From NCBI GenBank assembly GCA_002633005.1, contig NMRA01001009.1, positions 7,449 to 71,448 on the forward strand: DNA of 64,000 bases. Direction: 5' to 3'. Below are positions 1 through 11,690 of this stretch, piece by piece. The DNA is from Phoronis australis. Lineage: Eukaryota; Animalia; Phoronida. The stretch's first letter is position 1. Each line of letters starts with the position of its first letter. Both the position numbers and the translations under genes were made by a program. The notes under the pieces are model-generated. The model searched no databases. It saw only the letters and a list, made by a program, of their open reading frames with translations, and had not been told where the DNA came from.

Positions 1-1000
1 TCTGAAGGCACGACGTAGCTTTTCCGACACACCATGAATGCCTATGATCCCAGGATATCCTAGGTCTGTCTTCGTTACTAGTAGTGCTGCTGAGGTTGTG
101 ATTGCGAGATAGTCTCAATGCCCATGGCTCATAGTCTTTCAAAATATGGTATATGTCCTGAAGTTTACTCTTGCTGTCCTTGTCTGCAGTGGTTCATCTT
201 CATTGCACGGTTCTGTAGCATTCTCACAACAGACTGTGTTGAACAGGGTGGTTGGACTTGGAATTATTGGTCTGTATGGCTCGATTTGCGATATACCGTT
301 ATCTTGACAGAGCCATCGTCTTTCTTGTACACACATAAGTCTAGGAATGACAATCTACCTCAGGCTCATATGCCATGAAGTCAACGCTTATTTTAAGTCC
401 ATTAACACTCTTGGCAGTCAGCTAGTTAAAGCTAAGGACATCGCCCCACTTGAGAAGCTGTCATGTGTTGTTTATCAGATCCAATGTGACCGGGTTTCTT
501 CTCACAAATACATCGGTGAAACCAAACGTGGACTCGGCACTCTCTTTGCAGAACACAAAAACTGGAAAACTCACTGCTATTGGTGGCCAGTTAGTTTCAT
601 TTGGTCACACCATCAATATGGACAATACTAATCGTGTTGTATCCCGAGAGGAACATTGGCACTCCCTAAGATCAAAGAGGCCTTTACATCAAACAGTGCA
701 ACCTCCACTGCGTACTAAGTTTAGGGGTGCAGTGATGACCATAGGCCACGAGTCTATGTTGGCTGGACACATGGGAATTGGCAAAACTACTGAACGCATC
801 CAAGCTAATTTTTATTGGCCTGGTATGCACCAAGACATAAATAGATTTTGCAAGTCATGTGTTGTGTGCCAGAGAACAATTCCGCTGTGACCTGGGACTG
901 CAACTTCCTCCCATTTACGACAAGGTGCTACTTCCAGTTCCACAACAGCAGGAAGATCAGTCATGTGATGATGGGCCTTAGCTGCAGGCTTGAAACGTTT
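1..1000. mobile_element. Decayed Penelope-like retroelement (RT thumb inverted, GIY-YIG endonuclease, 3' end)
   Basis: Minus strand 1-345 reads [28 protein letters not shown]...GVSEKLRRAF. Plus strand from about 365 reads HEVNAYFKSINTLGSQLVKAKD...VVYQIQC...YIGETKR...EH...IKEA..DLGLQLPPIYDKVL. These are typical Penelope motifs, with frameshifts. Confidence 0.85.
711..885 (+). mobile_element. Gypsy-type integrase zinc-binding (HHCC) fragment nested in the Penelope relic
   Basis: GHESMLAGHMGIGKTTERIQANFYWPGMHQDINRFCKSCVVCQR is the HHCC module of Ty3/Gypsy integrases. Confidence 0.85.
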
Positions 1001-1276
1001 TGCTTTACTAACTTATAGTCTTATAGTAAGTAACTTCTCTTGTTTTTACAATTTGGGACCAGCACTTCATAACAGTACTGATTTAAGTAAAAAGTTGCCA
1101 TTTTGTAATGGAAGATGGGGAAATTATCACCACTTAAGCTGAATCTTTTTAACATTTTATTCTGAGCGCATGAGTGTGTGAATAGTGTCAAAAGTTCAGG
1201 TTTTAGTTTACTTACAATCAAAAGTTGTCAGAGACAATGTTGTTGAGTCGCTTACAAGAAATGTAATAAATTGGTT

Positions 1277-1558
1277 GTATGCAGTGATAAGTGTTCATCA
1301 AGTGACTTCATGTACATAATCCCTCAGTATGTATACAGTGATAAGTGTTCATCAAGTGACTTCATGTACATAATCCCTCAGTAATAGTATGTATACAGTG
1401 ATAAGTGTTCATCAAGTGACTTCATGTACATAATCCCTCAGTATGTATACAGTGATAAGTGTTCATCAAGTGACTTCATGTACATAATCCCTCAGTATGT
1501 ATACAGTGATAAGTGTTCATCAAGTGACTTCATGTACATAATCCCTCAGTATGTATAC
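1277..1558. repeat. 54-bp minisatellite, 5 near-identical copies
   Basis: cagtgataagtgttcatcaagtgacttcatgtacataatccctcagtatgtata starts at 1282, 1336, 1396, 1450 and 1504. Confidence 0.95.
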
Positions 1559-3104
1559 ACAATGGCTGTGTGTTTCTTCACATAAAATAATTAACTTTTT
1601 AACAAGAAGATCATGAAAACTGGCAAATTTGTTTTTCATCATGACTTATTATTATAATTTATTGCCTTGTTTCACGCCATCAAAACGCATGCTTTATTAG
1701 GGGGATTTTATGTACAACACCGCGGTTGTTTTTCAAATTCATTGTGGCATGGTGACGTCAGAGATAGCTTGGTGATATGTAAATAGTAGGATGGAAACAT
1801 TGTCACTAATACCTGCATCAGATATGAAAGCAAGATTCCTCTGCAACACGCTTTTGGTGCAAGTACAGCTTAAAGCAGTCGTTATACAAAGTATAAACAG
1901 GTTATGTGTCCACAGGTTATCTTTGAGTTGCCACCAGGTACTGTATTTACAATGCGCAGTGCCGTAGCTGAAATTCCCCGACTTGATAAAGAATTTGTCA
2001 AGGATTTTTTGTGACTAATTCTTCTGTTGTTTAATTGCTTAATAGGGGTCGTCCACATTTCAGTTTCGATGGTAACAAAGTACTGTTAATTACACATTTG
2101 CTTGTCACTTGGGAGGATATTCATTTTACTGGTGCAAACAGTGTTTTGTTTTTGTTTTGGACAGAAACTGGTCAAGAAATGCACAGAAATATACTACATG
2201 TAGCTCAAGACACATCCGTGGATGCTGGCCACACACGGTGAAGCCTTATATTCTGTCTAGTACTGGAGGGGCGGGGCTTGCTGGGTGTTGGTGGGGCAGG
2301 GCTCAGGGACCAACTGTCAGGTCTTCATGGGAGCAGTAACCTGTTTCACTGTTGCTTTCATATTAATTGACTTTTTACTGTTTATTATTTATTAACCGTG
2401 TTTGGTTGTTAACTTTTGTCGCAGCATAGACTGACATGACGCAAGATGATCATTGCTGGATGTGGTTTATACCCTACATTGGCAAGGAAGGAGTGTTTTG
2501 ATGAAAATTCACTTTGCATGTACGCACGCGCTGTCATTCCAACAATTATGGTGAATTCCATGCTCCACCTGTGCCCGGTATGCTGTCATGTCAGTCCGTT
2601 GGCCGTTGACACTAAACCAAAGTAACTGACCACCAAACTAGATGAGCATGGTCTGATACTACAACAAACTGTTGGTTCTGCCTTAAACCTAGAAGTAATC
2701 AGGGATATTCCTGGACTGCGCCTTTGCGCCATTAGCGCATAAAAAATTAAAAAGATGCAAATACGTGGCAGGAGTGTGTCCCTCAGGCACATCTTTTAAA
2801 ACGCAACACTCTTCCAAAAATGTAAGATTCTAGTCAATTTACAGCCAGTCAGGTAAAACATGACTCTGTTCTTATTTCAGTTGCCCTTGGGATTTCTGTT
2901 TGTTGACGTTACCACTTTGATTACACTAAGTCTCTTGGGTATAACTTTTTGAAAGAAAGTACACCTTTTATCGTCATGTGCGCCCAAAAAACAGATTCAA
3001 ACCAGGTCAGGAATATCTCTGAATGATTACTAAATATGAAGAAAGATCAAGGTGAAATCCATTTTGTTGTCAGTGTCCTAAATTATGTTGTCTTGACAGA
3101 AGGC

Positions 3105-3375
3105 ACAGGTTTATTAAAAGTACCCCCTTTGACTGCAGGTCTATTATTTCCTATGACTGCATGTTTATTACCCCCTGTGACTGTGCACGTCTATTACCCC
3201 CTATGACTCCAGGTTTATTACCCCCTATGACTGCAGGTTTATTACTTCCTATGATTGCAAGTCTATTACCTCCTGTGACTACAGGTCTATTACCCTTTAT
3301 TACTGCAGGTTTACTACCCCCTATGACTGCAGGTATATTACCTCCCATGACTGCAGATTTATTACCCCCTATGAA
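3105..3375. repeat. 24-bp minisatellite, about 11 copies
   Basis: Unit about ctgcaggtttattaccccctatga; it produces the spurious LLPPMTAG repeat ORFs. Confidence 0.9.
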
Positions 3376-5259
3376 TGTGCTTTTTGTACAATTACTTTTT
3401 CTTATTGAAATGAACACTTCCTCCTTGACAACATTTCACATTGAAGCAGACGTTGAACATGGGTCACATGACCAGGCATAACTTCCTCTACTGCTACTTC
3501 AAAGAATGGGTGAAAGTTAAATTGAGCAGTGTCAATTATAGCCATGCCCAATCCTGATCCACCTTGTCAGTCTGTGCTGTGTGTGTTAGCATCGTGTCTG
3601 TTTGCACGTGTCAGTTTGCACGGTGTCAAGGATGTTACAGATCCGTTAGGGGGGATCTGTTTCATGAAATGTGACTTGTTGTAAGTCAGCGATTTGGCTT
3701 TGTGCTCCTGACAAGTATTTAGAATATTTAAATCTCACTTTAAGTTCAAGAACACCAAGTCTATGAGAATATGGCCACAACTTCACGGTATTTAATTAAT
3801 TTGTAATACAAAGTAAGTTTAGATTGTGATATGTCAATGGGCTTCCTTTATTTTGTAATTGTGAATTGCCAGCGTGAGACTAAATTTTCTGACTTTGAGC
3901 CTTAATTCGATTTTCATAAAATGGACCCAGGTTTTGGTCTTGCAAACTCTGTTTTAACAAGTTTTAAATATGTCTGCATCTAGGGGACAAATTTCATGCT
4001 TCCAAATTAGGGTTGTTTCGGGATAGCTATGTAGAATACAATGCTGTTGCAGGACCCCCACTCTCCCTGAGAAGAAAGACATCAGTAAAGGTTTTTTTCT
4101 GATAGGGGAAGTTTTTGGTTGACGGGAAATCCCGCTCCCAGTTGCCACCGCCTGCTACAAGTAAACTTGAGCGAGCTGAAGCGTTATTAGTTGCTGTACT
4201 ACTGATATTAATTTTACACCCAAAATCCTTTAGAATGTTTAACTTGTCAGATGTACTGCACACTGTTTGTTATGTCTGCCGATCGCCACAGCTTACCAAT
4301 TAACCAGAGGACTTGATGTTTCTTTCTTAACGCCATCACAACACTCCATAGGCAGCTTTCACACTAACTCCTTGCGGGTAGCGACATTGCAGTTTCCAGT
4401 AGTTCTAAGGATTAAACACCAGATGGGATAGTTGATTCACTCTCTCGATTGAATACTTGCGTTACATGTCGCTAACCTCTAGCATTCACTCCTATCAGAG
4501 AGTAGAGTTAACCTTTCCTATTGCAACGGGTTGGACAACTTTGCAGTTTGATACACTTATTTTGGGAGGAGTTGGGATGGCAGTTACACTTTCCAATTGA
4601 TCACCCCCCACCCCCACAAAGGGAAGGAATGTTGATGGGAAAAGTGACATTAGTTTTCATTTGAATGGTTCAATATTAACAGCAATTATTATAAATTGTG
4701 TCATGCTTAACTTGAGATGCTTAGTGACCATCAGCAGTGATGTGGAAAGGAGTGACAGATCATAAATGTATAACTTGTTGGTAAGAATGAGCTTGTGACG
4801 CAAAATGAAGTCCAGGTAAATGGATTGAATATGTCAGTTTAAGAAATGAATGATTAACGGTGGCTTATTTCACATCACACAGGCTTTCAGAGATATCTCT
4901 CTGTCATGGGAAATGAATTTTAAAGCCTTCAGTGTTGGAGCGGTGTTAAATGCCTTTAAATGAAGTGCCATTAGATGCTTCACATCGTAGATTGGATTAA
5001 CTGTGATCATATTGCTACTCACACTAACTAACAATAGATGGCACTACATGCTATGGACTTGTGATCAATGCAATGTTGGGAATTATTCAGTTGATGGTCT
5101 TGTTGTTGACAAAATGTTCAGTGACCAATTTTGAATATGAAATGTGAGCAAACATGCATTATTTCTTAACTTCCTTTTTGAAGCATGGAATTTGTTTCTT
5201 TCTGACTCCTTTGACTTGTACATTTCTCTGGCTTTAGTTAACTTATCTTTTTATTTCAG

Positions 5260-5608
5260 GGATGACAAAGATTCGTTACCTTTAGTGAATAAGTCCACGA
5301 AGCCCCGTCGACCGAAAAAGAACAACTCTGACGGGACTGTGGAATGTGACTGTACCCCCTGTTGGCGGCGGTTGGGACTACACCGGTGGCCATGTGTCTG
5401 TCACCGTGTTTGGTTCGTGAAGGACGTATGCGGCATCATATGTGCCATATTTACCTGGGGTCTGGTGCTCTACGCCGAGTTTGTTGTGATGAATGTGATG
5501 CTGTTGCCTATGAACTTTCCAGTGTACACAACGTTTAATGGAATTGTGTTTAACGCGCTCGCATTCCTGGCGGTGGCCTCTCACTTGCGTGCAATGTTTA
5601 CCGACCCA
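5260..5608 (+). CDS. ZDHHC3: ZDHHC3/7-like palmitoyltransferase, first identifiable coding exon (N-terminal tail, TM1, TM2)
   Basis: Acceptor ttatttcag ends at 5259 and donor GTAAGT starts at 5609. Translation includes VWFVKDVCGIICAIFTWGLVLYAEFVVMNVMLLP...FNALAFLAVASHLRAMFTDP, matching the ZDHHC3/7 motif WFIRDGCGI...YAEFVV...SHxRAMLTDP. Starts in phase 2, so an upstream coding exon is needed. Confidence 0.95.
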
Positions 5609-5959
5609 GTAAGTATCAGTAGCCGAATTTGCAACTCGGCTGAACTATGCTTATCTCTTGTAACTCACTGAACTTTTTTGCTTATCATGCTCACTCAACT
5701 TATATTTTTACATATGTTTGTTATCTCTACTAATTCATTGAACTTTTATTTATCAAATATTCATCTTTAGGCCAAAAAGCTTTTGCTGAGGTGTTGCATG
5801 GAAATCCAGTGATCTGTTTCTTGATGAGGATTTTGTTTTTGATTTTAGACGTTGGATATGTACTTGGTGAATATTGTTTGAGGAAAAGCTAGATTCAGCA
5901 GAAAGTCAGCCGTGAGACAAATTTTTGTAAAAACTACAGAATTTACATAGTGTGGTTAA

Positions 5960-6640
5960 AGGTGACAATTTTAGAGAATTTCGTTTTTCTCAACAATCTA
6001 CTAAATTTGTTTGTTGTTAACTTTGTCAGTGATTGTTAGGTGGCACTGCACACAGTACATTTTTAAGGACCATCTATGACATTATCCTTCAATTAAAACT
6101 TTTGCATGTTTGTATACTACTTAGTATACATGAACAAACTCAAGGTGTAATACTAGTTCATCATCCTGATAAATTTTCTAATATTAGATTAAAAGTCATG
6201 TTGAGTTTTTGGACTAGAGGTCATTAAGTCATATTTTCCAAGCCACATCACTCAAGCCTCGTTTTCGTTTTTAATCTGATTTTGCAGAAATTACTTTTTC
6301 GACACTTTTTCAGTAAAAAAGCTGTTAACTTTGCTAGACTATTGAGTGATCTTAAAAGTTAGGAATAATTAGGATTTTTTTTAAATGTATCTGGTCTTAA
6401 GATCCAGAAACATGTTTGATGGATAGCCATTTTAGAATTTAAGTATGTCTGGCTCTTCAAAAAATTGCTATTTTTTGCAAATTTTCAACGGGCTGATTTC
6501 ATCCATTTTCAATGAGAAAGCGAGCAAAGGATATAACATGAGTGAATATGAAACCAGTGTGATTTGGTAGTATTGACCAGTTTAGTACATTCATCAGTCA
6601 AGAGTTTGGCCTTTTGCCCAATTACTGGCCCATTGTACCT
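5960..6640. mobile_element. Non-autonomous TTAA-type (Kolobok-like) DNA element
   Basis: ttaa|AGGTGACAAT ... ATTGTACCT|ttag: short imperfect TIR flanked by TTAA/TTAG, with an AT-rich non-coding interior. Confidence 0.5.
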
Positions 6641-9600
6641 TTAGTGACTCGGTATACTTTGCACTATTTGGCGACTCAGCTGCAGTGATTACGCAGCAGG
6701 TTTGTAAAAAAGACACACAACAAACATCACGATTTGTGTACGTTAAGTGAATTTGAATTTTTTTTTGTAATTTAGTAGAGGATTTTGGAACTATGGGAAG
6801 CCCAAGGAGGGGGGGTTGGGGATGTGTTTACTTCAGCCATTCTTCTACATAGTCTGGTGACAAATTCACTTCAAATTGGTAGTGATGGGGCAGTAGAGCC
6901 AAGGGTATGGGATAAGAGTGAAAGTGGTGATGATTGTGGAGGTTCCGGGGTGCGACTTTGGTCTCTCAACAAATTACAAAACGCGATTACATTCATACAG
7001 TGAGGTCTGCATGACAATATTGTGTTATTCAGATCAGCCCCTGAAATACACTTAGTCTATACCAGAGTAGAATATGCAAGTATAAAACATAAAACTTTTA
7101 CTTTTTCAAACAGGCTTGGGTATGGGTTATGAAATAATCTCTTATTTGTGATTTTTGTAAGAGTTGCATGCTAGTTATTTCAGCGACAATGCATTTTAGC
7201 CTAAAGAATTTTTGGCAGTGTTTGCTCGAGCGGCCGCACTGAAAGAATCCTGACTGCATAAACCATTTTTTGCCATTTATGATATGGATTTTCTGAATGA
7301 GTGTGCTGCCTTTGTTTAATAATTCTCATATAACTGGTGTGAAAGAAAAAAGATGTCCCCTTAGGCAATAGTCTGATATAACGTTCCCGTATTTTGAGAA
7401 CCAGTTCGATGCCCGTTATTTAGTGGAGAAACCTGGTTCTCAAAATTCGAGCACGCTATATGAGACCATTACCTCCCCTTGTATAAAACGTCCTACTTCC
7501 ATTTACATAAACATGAGCATCCAGCTATTGCCCGTTATGGCTGCATTCAAACATTTGCAGGTACGGAACAGTAATCCTTGCTACAGAGGTTGGTGGTATA
7601 ATGAGATGATATGACGAGATCTTATGTAAAAATGCTGGAGGATGTAAATGTTAAATCCAATCACCTTGGACTTTCTCAAACATGTGAAACTGGCATTTCT
7701 AGAAATTGTACATCTTGATGTCTGTCAAATAGTTATCTGATGAGTATTTTGTTAGTTTCTGAAGCTTCCACCCCTTGAGTGAAAAAGGTTCTTCTGTAAA
7801 TTTCAACCCTTGCGGTAACAATGATTAAAAGTACAAATTAAATTTAACTTGTTAAATGCATTTATCGTCATTATTTTGACATTTGTCTCTTTATTTTGAT
7901 ACCAGTCCTTAGGGTTTATTTTGCATTACTCATCTCTATTTATAGCTTCAAGGGCCTACTTTTGTATTCTTACATTTCTCTACGCGACACCTGATTGGTC
8001 GTCCGTATTTCCTTTGTTCAGTTCAACGTGGTCTCTCTCATTCAGCCACCTACCTCGTCGTCTACAAGACCTACGTTCGTTCATATTTTGTCTATTTTTC
8101 CTTCTTTTCATAGCAGAATAAACTCATGTGACGATATAAACTTCTGAACATATTAAAATGTATGAACATACAACATCAAGAAAGAATTGTGAAACTTTAA
8201 ACCTCGACAATCAAACAAGAGAAGAAGTTGTTGGAAGAACTTCCCAGTAAAACAAACTGAGTATTAATCCAGATCTTCCAGAATGTCATGTAATTGTCTG
8301 GATCTTAAGATTTTTCCCTCCACTGTTTGTGTGCCTCCATTCCCAGTCCCACAACCAACTTTAAAGGAGGCAGCCATGCAAAAAAAGAAGCCACTGATCT
8401 GAGCCTCTGCGCTAGTCATCTCTTTTAAAACGTTTTTTCTGGCCATTCTTCGTTAACCTCATCTTTTTAGACACGACTGCATAGTCTTGACACCAGTTCT
8501 TTGTCCAGCTGCAAACTTTCAGTGATGAACGCTTTCATGTCATGAGCATATCTGGAGCTTCGTTTGCCCTTGCGTAGAGCACACCTAGACTCAATTTCAT
8601 TAGAAGTGGACCGTGGTCAACTCAAGTCGATAGAAGTGCTGATGCTCCAAACGCAGTCGGGGCAGAAATCCATCAAATGGAGTTTCCCTCACTAGATCAC
8701 ACGTGTGTCTGTCAATGCCCAATGGAGCATTTATTTCACTCAAGGAACTTGGCATCCATGCACCGACCAATACACCAAACACGGCCACTCTAGCCGGGAT
8801 GTGTTCACGCAAAACCTGGTCACTCACATTACAGGTAGATCGTAAATGTTCTGCTGCATTTCCTGTGCAGCTTCCCATTTTTGTGGAGACCTCTGTGTGC
8901 AAGTATTTTCATGGAGACTCGCTTTAAAACTGCACATCACAACAGTCAATCTCCACGGACAGGAAGCTCGGTTGTGCAAGAACTTGGAATCCTGCTCAAT
9001 CTCAAGATCACATATGCGTGAACTTGGAATACACCATGAAACTTGTAAAGTTCACATAAATAATCACGTTCACTCTGATAAAAATTTGACTGCACTAAAG
9101 CAAATTGCATGTTACTAAAGCAATATATATTTTAATCATTCAATCTGTTTTCAACTATTGACTGTCTTATTCACCAAACAAATAATTAATCACCATTCAC
9201 ATATTCCTCTAATTCTGTGAAAACCAAAAATTGTGCATTTTCAGTTGACTTTCTATGCACGAAATCAAAAAAGACCAGTCAGACTTGACCTTTGTTATTG
9301 TAACTTTCATTCATCGTCTACGAATTTCAAGAGTCATTTTGTTACTGGTTGCTTATTGTCCTTACCAATGAGTTTGGGTGCTTAAATTAGGTGGTACTGC
9401 AAAACGAATGCCCCCACGAAGGGGGTAATTTAATTTGAAAATTCTATTTTTGGACTGGGGCTTGAATATTACACATGCCTACAAGGAATCGAATATCAAT
9501 CCCTTATCTTCACGGATTAGTCCTGTTACCAAAAGAGGTCATTTTTAAGCTGAAATTTTTGCATGTTTCAAATAAAAATTCCAGGAGGTAAAATAGTAAA

Positions 9601-10379
9601 TGGAGAGTTCAATGAATGTACTAGGTATGGTTTGAGGTGATATAAATCTACTGGTAAAGTTTCAGTCAATTCTCTGATGGGTCATGTAGAATTTTTTTGT
9701 TTCCATGTGTTGTACAAGAAATAATGCTAGTTAAGTTAGGTGCATGAAGTCTGTGCATTATACAAATTAATGTAGGGTAATAGTCTTCATCAGTTAATGG
9801 TTAACGGTTTAAGTGACTTAACTGTAGCTGAGAATGTCTGTTGAAACTGTCTGTTAGGAGTCCAGTTTGTATTACAAGTTCACATGAGATCCACTTGCAG
9901 TGCTGTGGATAACAATTTCAACTCTTGTGATCATAAAACAATTAAAAGAGAAAGCAACCTTTTTTCATGTCGTTTTTAGTAAAAATAGAGTCCGTTGATT
10001 ATCTCAGACATATTTTTCATTTAATAAACAGCTTCCCCTAACTTAATTCATTAGTCGTGCCTTATTCCGGAAGTGATGCTTCGGAGCTTTAGAATTTCTT
10101 GCCCTGTTGTTTCTGCCTTTGAATTTGCTGTGAGGATCTGTAAAGTTCTCCTGTTGGTTTCGTGCTGGTTTTCTAAAATTGTCGTCACCACTTCCCATCT
10201 ACGAGTATTCTACGACAAACTAGGTTGTTGGAGAATTCAATTACATTGGATTTAGGGATTGTTTAGTTTCTAGCAGCCTGAAAATGGCTAGAGTTGGTGA
10301 TCCATGTCACATACACAGTGACGTGAGTGACGGAGACAGTGTTTGAAGCACTGGTGACGAGGAATTTTTTCGCAAACAG

Positions 10380-11690
10380 TCGGTGGATGGACATATGTTT
10401 GATCCCAGGTGCAGTGAGGCACTTCCATTGGATGGTGACCTGAGCACTAAAACAGCTTACATCACACCGTGTGACTCCCTCGCCACAAACCTGGCACTTC
10501 TAAATAGCTCCAATATTTTAGTCATGTTCACAATAAACTTATCAAAGTTTGGCTCACCGGCCTGTTCACTATACGACGAATTATCATCCTCACTGGGTGT
10601 TGAACTAGGCCTATATTCACTCCCATTACTCTATATCGCTGCAGGGCTGCTTACAGGGTCTGGGCTGGCGGCAACACCAACACAGGGTGAATAACTGCTA
10701 GTTCTCGCAGTTGCATACTCTGGGAGTATGTTTGGAAGCACGGGTGACATCCCTGAAGGGCCTCGAGTCACTGTGGAGGCCAAACCACAGCTCAGAAGGC
10801 TTTCGCTTCAAAAATGAATTTCTCGGGGGTGGCGACAGCCAGCACTGCCGGGAATCAACAGCGGCGTTACGATACCCTTCTTGAGGCGTTTTGTAGGAAC
10901 CTCCATCAAATCTGACGATAGAAAATGCTTTCCACGCACTCGGTTATTCTCCACTGCTGTGTACGTTGTGTGGACTGGTACCAGGCCTTTATCCAGGATT
11001 TTGAAAATAGGGTGTCCAAAATGGGGTTCCGAATATTCCAAGGCGTCCATGATTCCGACGCGTAACCCTCCACCCCCAGCAATACCCCCAAACACACAGA
11101 TTTTTTACAAAAAAATGCATAGATCAAGGTTTTTACATCTAAGTTATAAAACAGCCTTCTATGGTGAGCATTTTTACTAAAAAAACTGTGTAGACCAAGA
11201 CTTTTACAATGCTGTCAATCAAGTGTCAAAATAGCAACAATGCATATACTTTGTATATGCATTGTATATTTCTTCCTGCTTTGAAAAAAGAGCCCCCACT
11301 GTGCGCCTTCAGACGCTTCCTAGTATTCATTACAATGTGTGAGCCCAAACTTGAAAGGTTCCTATTGACAGTGGGCGTCCAAATGATACATTGGGCGTCC
11401 AAATGATACATTGGGCGTCCAGAATAGTGTCCAGATTAGTGCTAGGGCGTCCATTTGGGTCCAAATGATACATTGAGCGTCCTTGCCAGGACGTCCAGAT
11501 TAGTGCTACGTACGCTGCATAAAGGCCTGACGGGTACATGTAACACTGCATTCTTCACACGAATGAGTCAAGTATGGCGAAGTGTGTCATCCATCGGAAA
11601 GGGGTGTAATGGCATTGCCAAAGTGAGCGTGAGACAATAATGAGGAGACCCTGATACGCAGCTACCATACAGCATGTTGACTGACTTGTA
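10380..11690 (-). mobile_element. Decayed THAP-domain DNA transposase (Kolobok-like), interrupted by a hAT MITE
   Basis: Minus strand reads LHPFPMDDTLRHT*LIRVKNAVLHVP, then the MITE, then VHTTYTAVENNRVRGKHFLSSDL...KRLKKGIV (THAP pattern LHxFP..W..RVCxxHF..RLK..VP). Further on is DKFIVNMTKILELFR/KCQVCG...VTIQWKC, the N-terminal motif of THAP-linked transposases. Stops and frameshifts present. Confidence 0.7.
10982..11529 (+). mobile_element. hAT-type MITE (about 550 bp)
   Basis: TIR CAGGCCTTTATCCAG ... CTGCATAAAGGCCTG; 8-bp TSD ACTGGTAC/ACGGGTAC (7/8 match); internal GGGCGTCCA repeats. Confidence 0.85.

Noticed and set aside
1277-1558. Regular repeats here and at 18070-18625 and 59755-60011 as CRISPR arrays
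   Set aside because: Head-to-tail units with no unique spacers, no cas genes, and a eukaryotic context.
2425-2577. Candidate upstream exon (gtcgcag ... ccg|gtatgc)
   Set aside because: Its ATG-open frame ends in phase 0, whereas exon 5260 needs phase 2; it could be UTR but is unproven.
3151-3481. Repeat ORFs (LLPPMTAG / GGNKPAVI) as proteins
   Set aside because: By-product of a 24-bp minisatellite that is open on both strands.
3410-3481. MNTSSLTTFHIEADVEHG as the ZDHHC start exon (DVEH recalls ZDHHC7)
   Set aside because: Only a poor phase-2 donor (GG|GTCACA) is available; not supportable without transcripts.
5144-5671. 175-aa ORF as a complete gene
   Set aside because: It runs through intron sequence on both sides of the real exon.
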